Shown here: piece after piece, positions 7,166-18,500 of the stretch
How the letters are laid out: each line of letters opens with the position of its first letter
Position numbering within the stretch: position 1 is the stretch's first letter
Source: Clostridia bacterium
GTDB lineage: Bacteria; Bacillota; Clostridia; Oscillospirales; Acutalibacteraceae
Reading direction: 5' to 3'
Assembly (NCBI GenBank): GCA_017381395.1
Contig: JAFOCH010000095.1
Location: 1-29,889, forward strand
DNA: 29,889 nucleotides
Made by a program: the position numbers and the translations under genes
The notes under the pieces: generated by a model
The model's input: only the letters and a program-made list of their open reading frames with translations
Told to the model about the DNA's origin: nothing
The model's database searches: none

Positions 7166-7726
7166 GTGTTTAGGGGATTAAGAATAGTGGAAAAAGATTC
7201 AAAGAAAAAGTACAGTTTTTTTAAATCGGCTTTATTTAGGTCGACCTTAAAAATAGTTATTATCGTAATAGTAACCGCGTCGCTTCTTTTGAATTTGTTT
7301 ACCTTTATTATGCCGGTTGTCAAGTACTATGGTACGAGCATGTCGCCCATGTTAGAGGACGGACAAATTTTGATTGTAAATAAAATATCGGACATTGAGA
7401 GCGGAGATATCATAGCGTTCTATTATAATAATAAGGTATTGGTGCGGCGAGTTGTCGCAACGGGAAACGAGCAAGTATCCATTGATGTTTTCGGCACGGT
7501 TTCGGTTAACGGAAAGGAATTGGACGAGCCATACGTTGAAAACAAGACATTGGGACAGTGTAATTTGAATTTTCCGTACAATATACCTTCGGGAGCGTTT
7601 TTCGTTCTGGGGGATAACAGGGATTCTGCAATGGACAGTCGGTTAGAAGAAATAGGTGTAGTAACCGATGACCGACTGATTGGAAAGGTAGTTTTTTCGA
7701 TAAAACCGTTTGGGTTAATAGATTAA
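7166..7726 (+). CDS. Pilus-associated signal peptidase I-like (S26) protein, probably catalytically impaired
   Basis: GTG start with GAAGG RBS, one TM, GTSMSP (catalytic Ser), GDIIAF, FFVLGDNRDSAMDSR. The box D Lys position reads VLVRRV instead of xxKRV. Confidence 0.9.
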   Translation: MFRGLRIVEKDSKKKYSFFKSALFRSTLKIVIIVIVTASLLLNLFTFIMPVVKYYGTSMSPMLEDGQILIVNKISDIESGDIIAFYYNNKVLVRRVVATGNEQVSIDVFGTVSVNGKELDEPYVENKTLGQCNLNFPYNIPSGAFFVLGDNRDSAMDSRLEEIGVVTDDRLIGKVVFSIKPFGLID

Positions 7727-7754
7727 AATTTTTTAAGTAGAGAGTGGAACAACA

Positions 7755-10700
7755 ATGAATGCTTTTGAGTGCAAAAAGCTTAATATAAAAAGCATTATAT
7801 TTGTCGCAATCATGGCGGTACTCGGTGTCGCAGCTTGCGTTTTGTTGTTCTGCCTTAATATCACTCCTGCCGTAGCTTTAGAACAGCAAATTCGTTGCGG
7901 TATTGAGGAGCATACACACACGGATAGTTGCTATGACGGCGATTTTTTGATATGCGAAAAACCTGCGCATACTCACGACGGTAACTGTTATATCGTTCCG
8001 CTGAAGGAAAACGATATTAACGAAATATTGACACTGCTTGGGAATAGCGATGCCCGTTCACTTGAATATGTTATAACCGATACCATGTCATCGGCGCTTA
8101 CCTTTAATTCTAATATAAATGCAGTAGAAATTGTTGATGCTCAACCGATTGCTTTTTCGCAAAACACGGTAGCGGAGCTTAATAATACGATTTCTCATGA
8201 AGAAGAGCTTCCGGATATAGTGTTTAACGAGAACATCAATAACATAAACACCATAGAGTTGGATGACGTAACAACCAATGAAATACAGAGCGGCGCAGGA
8301 GCAACTACATTAAGCGTTGGTGAAGAACCGGTCACTTCAAACTATACAGCGAATTTTTATATCTACTTAGATGGAAAATGGAACTGCATTGGCTCGTTGC
8401 CTTTCACATCTGTAAAAAATAGCACCCGATATAACGGCACAATCGCAACCTCAGATATTTTAAATCTTGTAAATAACGCCCTTGATGCTAATTTTGTTTA
8501 CAATTCATTTGATATTGCCGTATCCACTTCGCAAAACAGCGGATATTCAAAAAGCAATATAGGAATGAATTCGGTAACAACGACAATAGCATACAGACAA
8601 TCAAGCACAAATATCAGAAGTGTAAGGCATGTTAGGTTGATACCTGAAGGCGGGTCTGCAACCAGCACGGCGTTTGCGTTTTATACAGTAAAATATGTTT
8701 ATCCCGATGGAAACACAGTAACGAACTATGTGCGTTCGGGTACGACCATAACGCTTCCGTCCGGTAATTACGAGTGGTCGGACGGCAATAATACCTATTC
8801 TTCCGGCGAGGCAGTAACAATAACATCCACGACCACGTTCGAAGCAATAACGTTAGGTCCGCCTACTTATGTTAATATCAATTATGACGTAGATTTCCCG
8901 GTTGTAAGCGGGGTTACGGTTGGTGCGACTCCTACGATTGCAGGGTACGCCACAACAACGCATAGGGATGAATATACCGAGAATTCGGAAGCAACCGTTC
9001 GCAACGTTTCTCAGCAATCGGTGCAAGGAACGGTAAATAATAATGGTACGGGACTGACTCGTGTAATTCAGTTTAAAGGATGGAGGGTTGGCACCACCGA
9101 TGTCATTCTTCAACCAAATACCAAGCTGATATGGGAGGAGCTTGTTCAGTATTCTAACAATACGACAAGCATAAAGTTGACTGCTGTTTGGGAGTATAGT
9201 CCCTTGCAAACAGCAACCTTCTTTATCCGTTTTGACTCGGTTGCGGTTGATACCGAGGGAAATATTACCGGACAGGATTCCAATAAATATACTAAACAAA
9301 TTTTTGCAGCTTATGTAGGCGGAGTTGACACCTCCCTCGGCACGACCCAGCTTCAAAGAAATTTTGGAATTGCAGATACCACGTCGGACAATTCTTATGG
9401 CGCAGACCAAGAGATTCGGGCACTTTACGGAGAGCGTACAGACGGTGTTTGGTTGAGCGCCTTTCCGACGGATGAATTTGTTTTTGAGGAATTGGTTGAG
9501 TATGCACAAACCGGGTATCTATCGGTGGACGGTGTAGCCGTAAAAGCCGAAGATTTGAACAGCAAGGAATATGCTATTCGTTGGTATGTATTTAAAAGTC
9601 AGGACGATGCGTGGCATATTGATGGAAAATTGGTTAAGAAGGTCGGTCTAATTCACGTTTATAAGACGTTTGCAGGTAATAAAGAGCTTGTTGCCGAGGC
9701 AAAAACCGACTTTTATATCGATGCAATCGATGTTTCCACCGGCGAAAATACGGTTTTGAATTTGAATAATTATACCACCCGCGATTTAGCAACCGATACT
9801 TATATGTGGGAAATCACCGATGTAGAATACGGAGAGTATTGGGAAATAACCGAGCATCCTCATCAGTTTGATGACGAGCAGGTTAATTTCAGCGTTTATT
9901 CTGAGTTTACGGTAATGGACGCTCATGGCGAACAGTCCATTACAGGCACAGGAACCTCGCTTACGGTTAGCGGCATGACCTATGCGCTCGATGAGGGTGT
10001 AGATGAGGTACTGCGAGCACAATTTACAAACATATATAATCGCAACGATTCGATTATTATTAAAAAGCAGGATAGTCTAACCGGGGTTTCTATTGGAGGA
10101 GCCGTATTCCAATTATCACAAAACGGACAAGCGCTTAAATTCACCTACAATGCCGAAAAAGATCGTTATCAATATGATGCCGAAAATGGAAGCGTGGTAA
10201 ACCTTTCAGGCAATGCAAACGGTTATTACGAAATCTGTATTGACCATTTCAGTTATGACCTTGGCCCGATAGTTATTAAAGAAATAACGGCACCAACGGG
10301 ATATACGTCCATCGGCAATATAGAAATCGGCTATACCGATGACGGAGAAACGGTTGGCATTCTTAGCGGAAACAGTGAATTGATTAAATTTATTAGCGGT
10401 GTATTGATTGTCGGAAACAGCACCGATTCATCCTCGGTTACTGTTAAAAAAGAGTGGGAGTGCGACCAAACCGAGTGGCAGGATGTTACCGTTCAATTAT
10501 TAGCGAATGGTAAGCTTGTTACTACTGTTATTGCAGGAGTTGAGCCGCAGGCAATTCTGAACAGCGACAATAATTGGCAACACACTTGGAAAAATCTTCC
10601 TGTTTATGTCAATGGTGTAAAGATTAACTGGTCTGTAAAAGAAACAATGATTGGTACGGAATCCGCAAAGGCGGACGGTTCGTTTATCAACTGGCTGGTG

Positions 10701-11240
10701 TCCTATGAATTGCCGATTGTATCGACCGATGGGGACGGTAATGAAAACACCTTGCTCACCATCATAAATACTACTAAACGAGTAATGCTTCGTTTGACCA
10801 AAACTGACCTTGGCAAGTCAACGCAACTTTCGGGAGCAACCTTTGTTTTGGAAGGGGTGGATGCTCACGGCAACCTTTTGCCAACCGAAGTTGCAAAAAC
10901 AGCTACAACCGGCGCAACAGGAACGTTGGTGTTTGACAACTTAAAGTGTGGCGTCAGGTATCGCCTTACCGAAACGGAAGCTCCAATCGGATACCTAAAA
11001 ACAAATGAATATATTTATTTCGTAATCAATGAAGACGGAACCGTTTCGGTGGAAGAAAGCTTCTTTGCCGAAGCCGGGTCCACGGCCTACAACATTGTTG
11101 TTCGAAATGGTATAGCAGTTGACCTTCCCGACTCAGGGGGCATGGGAACAGGTATGTTTTATGCACTTGGCTTGTTGCTTATGGCGGCAACCCTGTGCAT
11201 TTACATAAGATATCTCCGTAAAAGGAGGTGTCACAATTAA
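7755..11240 (+). CDS. Large sortase-anchored pilus tip adhesin/ancillary pilin (Cna-B and SpaA-type domains)
   Basis: Signal peptide, VKKEW..W..VTVQLLANG (Cna-B), E-box YRLTETEAPIGY, then LPDSG + TM + RKRR. Confidence 0.9.
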   Translation: MNAFECKKLNIKSIIFVAIMAVLGVAACVLLFCLNITPAVALEQQIRCGIEEHTHTDSCYDGDFLICEKPAHTHDGNCYIVPLKENDINEILTLLGNSDARSLEYVITDTMSSALTFNSNINAVEIVDAQPIAFSQNTVAELNNTISHEEELPDIVFNENINNINTIELDDVTTNEIQSGAGATTLSVGEEPVTSNYTANFYIYLDGKWNCIGSLPFTSVKNSTRYNGTIATSDILNLVNNALDANFVYNSFDIAVSTSQNSGYSKSNIGMNSVTTTIAYRQSSTNIRSVRHVRLIPEGGSATSTAFAFYTVKYVYPDGNTVTNYVRSGTTITLPSGNYEWSDGNNTYSSGEAVTITSTTTFEAITLGPPTYVNINYDVDFPVVSGVTVGATPTIAGYATTTHRDEYTENSEATVRNVSQQSVQGTVNNNGTGLTRVIQFKGWRVGTTDVILQPNTKLIWEELVQYSNNTTSIKLTAVWEYSPLQTATFFIRFDSVAVDTEGNITGQDSNKYTKQIFAAYVGGVDTSLGTTQLQRNFGIADTTSDNSYGADQEIRALYGERTDGVWLSAFPTDEFVFEELVEYAQTGYLSVDGVAVKAEDLNSKEYAIRWYVFKSQDDAWHIDGKLVKKVGLIHVYKTFAGNKELVAEAKTDFYIDAIDVSTGENTVLNLNNYTTRDLATDTYMWEITDVEYGEYWEITEHPHQFDDEQVNFSVYSEFTVMDAHGEQSITGTGTSLTVSGMTYALDEGVDEVLRAQFTNIYNRNDSIIIKKQDSLTGVSIGGAVFQLSQNGQALKFTYNAEKDRYQYDAENGSVVNLSGNANGYYEICIDHFSYDLGPIVIKEITAPTGYTSIGNIEIGYTDDGETVGILSGNSELIKFISGVLIVGNSTDSSSVTVKKEWECDQTEWQDVTVQLLANGKLVTTVIAGVEPQAILNSDNNWQHTWKNLPVYVNGVKINWSVKETMIGTESAKADGSFINWLVSYELPIVSTDGDGNENTLLTIINTTKRVMLRLTKTDLGKSTQLSGATFVLEGVDAHGNLLPTEVAKTATTGATGTLVFDNLKCGVRYRLTETEAPIGYLKTNEYIYFVINEDGTVSVEESFFAEAGSTAYNIVVRNGIAVDLPDSGGMGTGMFYALGLLLMAATLCIYIRYLRKRRCHN

Positions 11241-11289
11241 TACGCTTTCAATAAATTTGAAAAAATATAACAGAAAAGGAGTTAAAACA

Positions 11290-13002
11290 ATGAAAGCAAT
11301 CAAAAAAATCTTGGCAATCCTCGTAGTTTTATGTGTGGTATTCAGTTGTGGCGCTTTGGCGGCAATAGCTGCTGAGCCGACCGGCAGTATTACCATACAG
11401 AATCCGGGCAATTCCAATGCCACAGTAGCAGGCAAAACCTTCAAAGTTTACAAAATCTTTGACGCTACTACCAGTGGTAACAATACCTCTTATAGCTGGT
11501 ATAAGGATGGGGGTAACATTCCGTTTTACGATTTCTTCTATGGCGCAAACGGCATTGTTGGACAGAATGTTGAAAATGGTAATGTTCAGGGTGCCGTTCA
11601 GTATTTAGCAGAAAAGAACTCGGGCGGAAACAACTTTGAACTCTCGCAGGTTGCAGAAAAGCTGCACGACTACATTGTTGAAAAGAACATAGCTTATGTA
11701 GAAAAGATTACCGCTTCGGATACAGCAACCTCTGTTACCGTTTCTGACCTTAGCTACGGCTATTATCTTGTGTATGACGATACCGACCTTTCAGGCGACG
11801 GTACCAGCGCTGTACGTTCTGCGGTTATGTTGTCCAACGTTAACAAGGACGCCGTCATCACCTTGAAGGCAAACCGTCCTCAGATTTTAAAACAAATCAA
11901 AAAGCATAATGAAGAATACGGCAAAGGAACCTCGGTTTCTATCGGTGACACGGTTACATTTAAAATTACAACAGTCGTTCCTTCTCATACCCTCTATACA
12001 GATTATACTTACTACGTAGAAGATGTTATGCACGATGGTTTGGTTCTTGATGTAGATAGTATCAAGGTGTATAAGAACGATATAGAGCTCGAAGGCGACT
12101 TTACTCTTACTACAACAGGATTGAGTGAAGGTGTTGACTTTAAGGTTGATTTCACCGCTCTCATGAATGACGATGACAAATATGAAATCGGTGACGAGCT
12201 GGTTATCATATATGACGCAAAGGTCACAAATGCCATCCAGGCACAAAAGGCAAACCAGAATACAGCAAAGCTTACTTACAGCAACGACCCGACCGTACCG
12301 ACATCTACCGGTAGCGTAAGTGATGTTGCTAACGTGTATTCTTATCAGTTTGTATTTACTAAATTTGCCGAAGATACACACGGAGTTTTGACAAACGTTC
12401 GTTTGGCAGGTGCAGAATTCAAGCTTTTCAGAGTGGTTGAGGGTCAGGAGGACCAGCTTATCACATTTACAACAATAGAAAAAAATCATGAATCTATCGA
12501 GGAGGGTGGCCAAGCAACTACATATACACAATACGTAGTCGCAGAAGGAAACACCGGCTCTATCGACACCCTCACAACCCATAACGAAGGTAAAGCTACC
12601 ATTAGCTTGGGCCATCTCAATATGGGCGGACATCTCGGCGATGTTTCAATATTTGGTTTGGCAGAGGGCACATACAAGCTTGTCGAAACAAAGGCACCGG
12701 ATGGCTATGTTATTGCTGATAAGCCCTTCGAAATCAAAATCGAGGACCAAATCGGCGAGCTGGGCTCTGTTGGCACATTGACCGTTACAGGACAGTATGA
12801 TGGCGAAATCGGTAACATCGTTAATACAAATGGTATTGCCGAATCCATCTTGACCGTTTGGGCAGAAATCACCAACAGACCCGGTTCTGCGCTTCCCGAA
12901 ACCGGCGGAATAGGTACTACACTCTTTACCGTTTTAGGTGTAATTCTCATGGCAGGTGCTGTTGCTTTTTTTATTTCAAGAAAAAGAAATAGTGCGGTAT
13001 AA
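11290..13002 (+). CDS. Major (backbone) pilin, SpaH/EbpC-like
   Basis: RBS AAAGGAG before ATG 11290 (preferred to TTG 11257), signal peptide, D2-type GDTVTFKITTVVP...N.AKLTYSN, E-box YKLVETKAPDGY, then LPETG + TM + RKR. Confidence 0.92.
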   Translation: MKAIKKILAILVVLCVVFSCGALAAIAAEPTGSITIQNPGNSNATVAGKTFKVYKIFDATTSGNNTSYSWYKDGGNIPFYDFFYGANGIVGQNVENGNVQGAVQYLAEKNSGGNNFELSQVAEKLHDYIVEKNIAYVEKITASDTATSVTVSDLSYGYYLVYDDTDLSGDGTSAVRSAVMLSNVNKDAVITLKANRPQILKQIKKHNEEYGKGTSVSIGDTVTFKITTVVPSHTLYTDYTYYVEDVMHDGLVLDVDSIKVYKNDIELEGDFTLTTTGLSEGVDFKVDFTALMNDDDKYEIGDELVIIYDAKVTNAIQAQKANQNTAKLTYSNDPTVPTSTGSVSDVANVYSYQFVFTKFAEDTHGVLTNVRLAGAEFKLFRVVEGQEDQLITFTTIEKNHESIEEGGQATTYTQYVVAEGNTGSIDTLTTHNEGKATISLGHLNMGGHLGDVSIFGLAEGTYKLVETKAPDGYVIADKPFEIKIEDQIGELGSVGTLTVTGQYDGEIGNIVNTNGIAESILTVWAEITNRPGSALPETGGIGTTLFTVLGVILMAGAVAFFISRKRNSAV

Positions 13003-13106
13003 AAGAAATAATTGTTTTTGACGGAATGATGCTTATTTTAGTTGACCTAAAAAGCTGTTTCTTTTTCTAAATTTTAAATAAGATAAATTAAAGGAGGGAA
13101 AAATCG

Positions 13107-13967
13107 ATGAAGAAGCATTTACCGACAATTATCATGGCGGTTATATTTCTCTGCGGTCTTTCCCTCTTTCTTTATCCTACCGTCAGCAATTTATATAATG
13201 AACATTTAAATAATAAGCTTATTGGCGAATATGAGGAGACCTTTGCTGCCATCCCTTCGGAAGAATTTAATAAAGCGATGCAGGATGCAGTTGATTTTAA
13301 TAAAAATCGCACAAATGCGGACAAATTGCAAGAGCTTGGTTTAACCTATGAAGAAGTACTTAATATTGCAGATAACGGAGTGATGGGATACATTGAGATT
13401 CCTAAAATCAGTGTTTCGCTCGTTATATATCACTCTACGGAAGAAACTGCTTTGCAGAGGGGGATTGGACATCTACCCGACTCCCATTTACCTATCGGGG
13501 GCAGTAGCACCCATTGTGTACTCGCCGGTCATACTGGACTGCCTTCGGCGAAATTGCTTACCAATATCGATCACTTGAAAGTAGGCGATCGATTCTATAT
13601 TCATGTGTTAAACGAGGTTCTGGAATACCAAATTGATGATATTTCTGTTGTTGAGCCCCACGAGGCGTCACGGCTCAATGTAATCAGCGGTAAGGACTGT
13701 GTTACCTTGGTTACCTGCACGCCCTATGGAGTGAATTCTCACCGTTTGCTTGTTCGCGGTGTTCGCGTTGATGACTTGGATATGTCTGCTAATAAGGACG
13801 GAGTTACAAACGAGATTTTAAATATAGGTATGAAATACCTGCTAACATTTTCGTTGGTTGGGCTTTGTATTATCTTTGTAGTGATAGTGAAATTGCGCTC
13901 AATTTATAAAAAGAGAAGGGCGCAAGGCAAAAAAGGAGACGAGGTAACAGATGAAATTAACCATTAA
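13107..13967 (+). CDS. srtC: Class C (pilin) sortase
   Basis: N-terminal TM, LAGHTG, TLVTCTPYGVNSHRLLVRG, C-terminal TM. Confidence 0.95.
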   Translation: MKKHLPTIIMAVIFLCGLSLFLYPTVSNLYNEHLNNKLIGEYEETFAAIPSEEFNKAMQDAVDFNKNRTNADKLQELGLTYEEVLNIADNGVMGYIEIPKISVSLVIYHSTEETALQRGIGHLPDSHLPIGGSSTHCVLAGHTGLPSAKLLTNIDHLKVGDRFYIHVLNEVLEYQIDDISVVEPHEASRLNVISGKDCVTLVTCTPYGVNSHRLLVRGVRVDDLDMSANKDGVTNEILNIGMKYLLTFSLVGLCIIFVVIVKLRSIYKKRRAQGKKGDEVTDEINH

Positions 13968-14838
13968 AAACATAGTTATCTTTATTTTATCGGCAGTGTT
14001 TGTTATTGCCTTGGCTTTGCCTTGTCTTGCGGCTACGGAAAGCGGAAGCATAACCGTAACTTTAGAGGATAATAGTAAAAATAAAATTAACGGTATAACG
14101 GTACATCTTTGTCAAATAGCGGAGCTTAATAATTCAGGATATTACCCCACCTCGTCGTTTGAAAGCTCCGGCATATCCATTTCGGGCATTGTGAATGGTC
14201 CTGACGACCTGACTGCAAAAGCTGTTGTGGATTATATTGAGGACAATGAGATAGACTCGCTGTCATCCGTGTCAGAAAACGGAAAGGTGTCTTTTTCAAA
14301 TTTGGATTTGGGCATTTGGGTTGTGTTTTGCGAGCAGGATGGCAAATATATCTTTAATCCGTATATTGTTTTTTTGCCCTACGAATCGGAAGGTAAACTA
14401 TTCTACGACGTAGCATCCATACCAAAGACGGAGGATAGCAAACCTGATGAAATCAGCATTTATGTTATAAAAAGATGGGACGACAATAATAATGCTGCAA
14501 AAAAGCGTCCCGAGTCGGTTGTTGTTGAGCTGTTGAACGGGAATAAAGCGGTGTCTTCGGTTGAGCTTAGCGAGTCAAATGGATGGACTCATACGTTTAC
14601 TTGTGTTGCAAAGAATGGCAAGTATTCTGTCAGAGAAAAAAGCGTAAAGGACTATAAAGCGACATATAGCGGGGATGTAGCTAATGGCTTTGCGGTAACA
14701 AATTCATACGTTGGAGAAAAGCTTCCGCAAACGGGTCAGTATTGGTGGCCGATTGTTATTATGGCTATTGCCGGCTTCTGCTTCGTTTTACTCGGCATCT
14801 ATGAGATTGGAGTAAAGAAACATGACAAGAAGAAGTAA
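13951..14838 (+). CDS. Minor pilin with Cna-B domain
   Basis: Signal peptide, VIKRWDD....RPESVVVELL (Cna-B), then LPQTG + TM + KK. Confidence 0.9.
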   Translation: MKLTIKNIVIFILSAVFVIALALPCLAATESGSITVTLEDNSKNKINGITVHLCQIAELNNSGYYPTSSFESSGISISGIVNGPDDLTAKAVVDYIEDNEIDSLSSVSENGKVSFSNLDLGIWVVFCEQDGKYIFNPYIVFLPYESEGKLFYDVASIPKTEDSKPDEISIYVIKRWDDNNNAAKKRPESVVVELLNGNKAVSSVELSESNGWTHTFTCVAKNGKYSVREKSVKDYKATYSGDVANGFAVTNSYVGEKLPQTGQYWWPIVIMAIAGFCFVLLGIYEIGVKKHDKKK

Positions 14839-15394
14839 AGGCATCATCCTTCTGATTGTTGGATGTGTTCTGCTTCTAAGCTCAGGCGGTTGGTACATTT
14901 ATAACGTTCAGGAGGACAAAAACGCAGGGCGTCAAGCAACTGAAATACTCGGTAAATTAGACAACGAGCAAAATATAATTGATAATAGCGATACCGCTCC
15001 TGTGATTACCGTAGATGGTGATGCTTTCTGTGGCAAGGTTGTTATTGAAAAGCTGGGCGTGGAGCTTCCGGTGTATGATGAATGGAATTATACTCGATTA
15101 AGGTCAGCACCCTGTCGTTATATGGGAAGCGTTGCTACGGATGATATCATTATCGCGGCGCATAATTATAAGAGTCATTTCGGTTCGCTTAACAAGTTGC
15201 AGACGGGCGATGAAATTCGATTTATAGACGCTTATGGAACAGCGCACACCTATTCGGTATGTGAGCTTGTCACTTTAAACGGAACAGATATTTCAGAGAT
15301 GCAGTCAAGTGGATGGGATTTTACGCTTTTCACCTGCACAAAGGGCGGCAAGCAGCGCGTTACCGTGAGATGTAATAGAACCCAAAACCGTTAA
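14822..15394 (+). CDS. Second, shorter sortase (no C-terminal TM)
   Basis: N-terminal TM, IAAHNY, TLFTCT....QRVTVRC catalytic His/Cys/Arg. Overlaps the minor pilin stop. Confidence 0.92.
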   Translation: MTRRSKGIILLIVGCVLLLSSGGWYIYNVQEDKNAGRQATEILGKLDNEQNIIDNSDTAPVITVDGDAFCGKVVIEKLGVELPVYDEWNYTRLRSAPCRYMGSVATDDIIIAAHNYKSHFGSLNKLQTGDEIRFIDAYGTAHTYSVCELVTLNGTDISEMQSSGWDFTLFTCTKGGKQRVTVRCNRTQNR

Positions 15395-15447
15395 AGACAA
15401 AGAACAAAGCAAATAATTATAGTTGCTTCTTTCAATTAAATCAATAA

Positions 15448-15481
15448 ACACGGCCCGAAACTGATGAGTTTCGAGCCGTGT
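15448..15481. terminator. Bidirectional terminator between convergent genes
   Basis: ACACGGC.CGAAAC-N6-GTTTCG.GCCGTGT flanked by A/T runs. Confidence 0.75.
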
Positions 15482-15553
15482 AATTTTATTTATATTTCGG
15501 GTAAATCTTCTATATTTATTTTATTTAGATGGATGTAAGCGTTAATCTGTCGC

Positions 15554-18500
15554 TTATGCCTTTCCGAGCAGGAGCATTTGGAGCAATACGATGTCGGCGC
15601 TGTCGATAATTTCGTTGCCGTTGTAGTCGGTATAAACGAAATTGTCATTGCCGACAGAATCTATATCCAACAAATACTGTTGCATCACAAGCAGGTCGCT
15701 GGTATCTATCTTTTTATCGAGGTTTACGTCACCAACATTATAAACTGTGGCTATTTCGGTTTCGCCGACGTATTCGGTGCCGTTAAAGGTGGCATAAACC
15801 GTTGCCTTGATATCGGTGTTAACATGAGTGTCGTCGATTTTTGCATTGAATACGTAGTATTCGTCAACCTTTTCATAATCGGTAATTGTGCTTTGCGCTC
15901 CGTTAATATCGATTACCAGATAGGGAGCATCATAACCGCTATTCTCGATTTGTTCAGCGCTTAGTTTGAAATCAACCGATTTTTCGCCATGCACCTTGGC
16001 GGTTGATTCATAAATTCGCAGATAATCAAATTCACCGCTTTTGACAGTATCGCCGCAGTTTTCACACCATATTTCATATTTACCGCTGAGTATTTCTGTC
16101 GGTTGTGAATAGACGGATAACCTATCCGAAGACGTATGAACAAGCGAATAGTTTGCTCCGCTTAAAATAGCTGCATAAAACACCTCTACGTTTTCGCATG
16201 AGGAAACAACCGTCGCATTTTGACACAGTATAAAGGCGTTTTCGGCGGCAGAGGTGATGCTGTCGGGTACCGTAATATCGGTAACGTCGTCATCGCACGA
16301 AAAATATTCGTCAATGCTGGTTACGGCTATGCCGTCGATTTCGGTGGGGATTTCTATACTTGTGTTTTCGCCATAATATCCCGTAACGCATACACTGTCG
16401 TTATCGTTATAAATATATCCCCAGTCACCCTTTGCACGAGTGTAAGCCGCAACAATATAACCTGCGCCAACATAACTGATTTGAGGTGTATAGCCGATGC
16501 TCAAAACACCGCTTTCGTCGGTTTGCGCCTGAACTAAATATAGGAGATTGCCCGATTCAAGCGGATTTTCGACCGTTTTCGATTTAACCGCATAGAAATT
16601 GTACAGATATTTGGGTTTGAGACCCGTGACCGAAACTCCGCTATCGTCAACCGTGACGTTGTCATCGTTTGCGAATGAATGTGTGCTATACGATGCTAAC
16701 GAGGTTGCTCCCGGCAAAGTGATTCTTTCGGGCATATCTTTGTTTGCAGTTGAGCCGAGACCAAGCTGTCCGTATTTATTATATCCCCAGGTGTATAGCT
16801 TGTGGTCCTTTGTAATTGCCGCACTGTGGCTGTTGCCGAGACTGACTGACGCCACGTTTTCATAAATAATCACGGGAACATATTGAACTTGTGTTGAGCC
16901 GTTTCCTATTTTTCCTGCGGTATTACTTCCCCAAAGGTACAGTTCGCCATTTTTTGTAACTGCGGAAGCGAAATAGCCACCGAGACTAACTGATGCTATG
17001 CTGCTCATAATGTGTGTAGGAGAGTTTCTTTGGGTAGTGGTGCCGTCACCAAGCTGACCGAGATAATTATCTCCCCAAGTATAAAGTTTACCATCCTTTG
17101 TAACTGCGGCGCTGTGATAATCACCCATACTTATAGAAGCAACGTTACTCATAATATATTTAGGAGTAGTTCTTTTGGTAGTAGTTCCGTCGCCGAGCTG
17201 ACCGCTGCTATTAAGTCCCCATATATATAATTTACCGTCTTTTTTAATAGCGGCGCTGTGATAAAGACCAAGACTAACTGATGCAACGTTACTCATCAAA
17301 AATTTCGGCTTTGTGCTTCTGGTGGTAGTGCCGTCGCCAAGTTGTCCGTTGATATTATATCCCCAAACGTACAGATTGCCGTCCTTTGTAATAGCGGCGC
17401 TATGCTCGAAACCGAGCTCAACTGATGCAACGTTGCTCATAACGTGTCTTGGCGAGTATCTGTTATATCTTGTGCCGTCTCCGACCTGTCCTTCGTCATT
17501 TCGTCCCCAAGTATAAAGTTTGCCATCCTTTGTAATAGCGGCACTGTGGTAATCACCCATATTGATTGAGGCAACGTTGTCCATAATGTATGTAGGAATA
17601 TTTCGTTGTGTAGTAGTGCCGTCGCCAAGCTGGCCGTAATCGTTGGCACCCCATGTGTATAGCTTGCCGTCTCGAGTTATAGCGGCACTGTGGTCGGTGC
17701 CGAGACTTACTGCGGCAAATTCATATTGAGCGTTAATGAGGGAACTTTCACTTTCTATTGAAATGTCAATTTCTCTGGCTTTGTCCTTGATTTTATAGGT
17801 TTTTTCAAGAGAGATATATCCCTTTTTGGTTACCGTAACGGTGTATTTTCCGTTTTTGAGATATACCGCTTCGATTTTTCCGTCCTTGTCGGTGGTTTTT
17901 GTAATATCCTCGCTGCTTGACGAAATTTTTACCGAAGCACCTTGGACAACATCTTTGCCTTCTAATACGTTGACGATAAAGGAGTAGCTGATATATGGGC
18001 AGGTGCCGAAGCCGAACTCATCATGGTCGAATGAATAATAAAAATCACGCAACTTAATCTTTTTGTCCATGACAGTAAGCTTAAAGGTGAGTTTTTTGAG
18101 ATTTAGGAATTTTGCTTCGAATGACAATGATGCTCTTGCCGAAAAGTCGCCGTCAACGCAGCTTTTACATTCGTGCTTTTCGCTTGTTGGCTTGTCGGAA
18201 GTATAGCGGAGAGTGCCTTTTATTTCTGCGCCGAATCGGCCTGACATTTTGGCTTGTGCTACTTTTTTGCTGACTATTGCAATCGACGGTTCGAGAGAAA
18301 TGCCGATAAATACAGTAGCTTCTACCTTAAACTGACATTCAAATTTAGGCGTCGACGAGGTGTTTTTTATCTTTTTTGTATCTGTCGATGCCTTAAATCC
18401 AAATTGTCCTTTCAGTTCACCGCTTACACTAACCTCACCGCTTAATTCTAAAATAAACGAGGGGGTAAACGAGATATATACGCCGGGGCAAACAGCAATT

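Noticed and set aside
15457-15472. Hammerhead ribozyme (CTGATGAG and GAAAC present)
   Set aside because: The motifs are the loop and stem of one simple hairpin. They pair with each other, leave no stem II or cleavage triplet, and sit at a convergent-gene terminator position.
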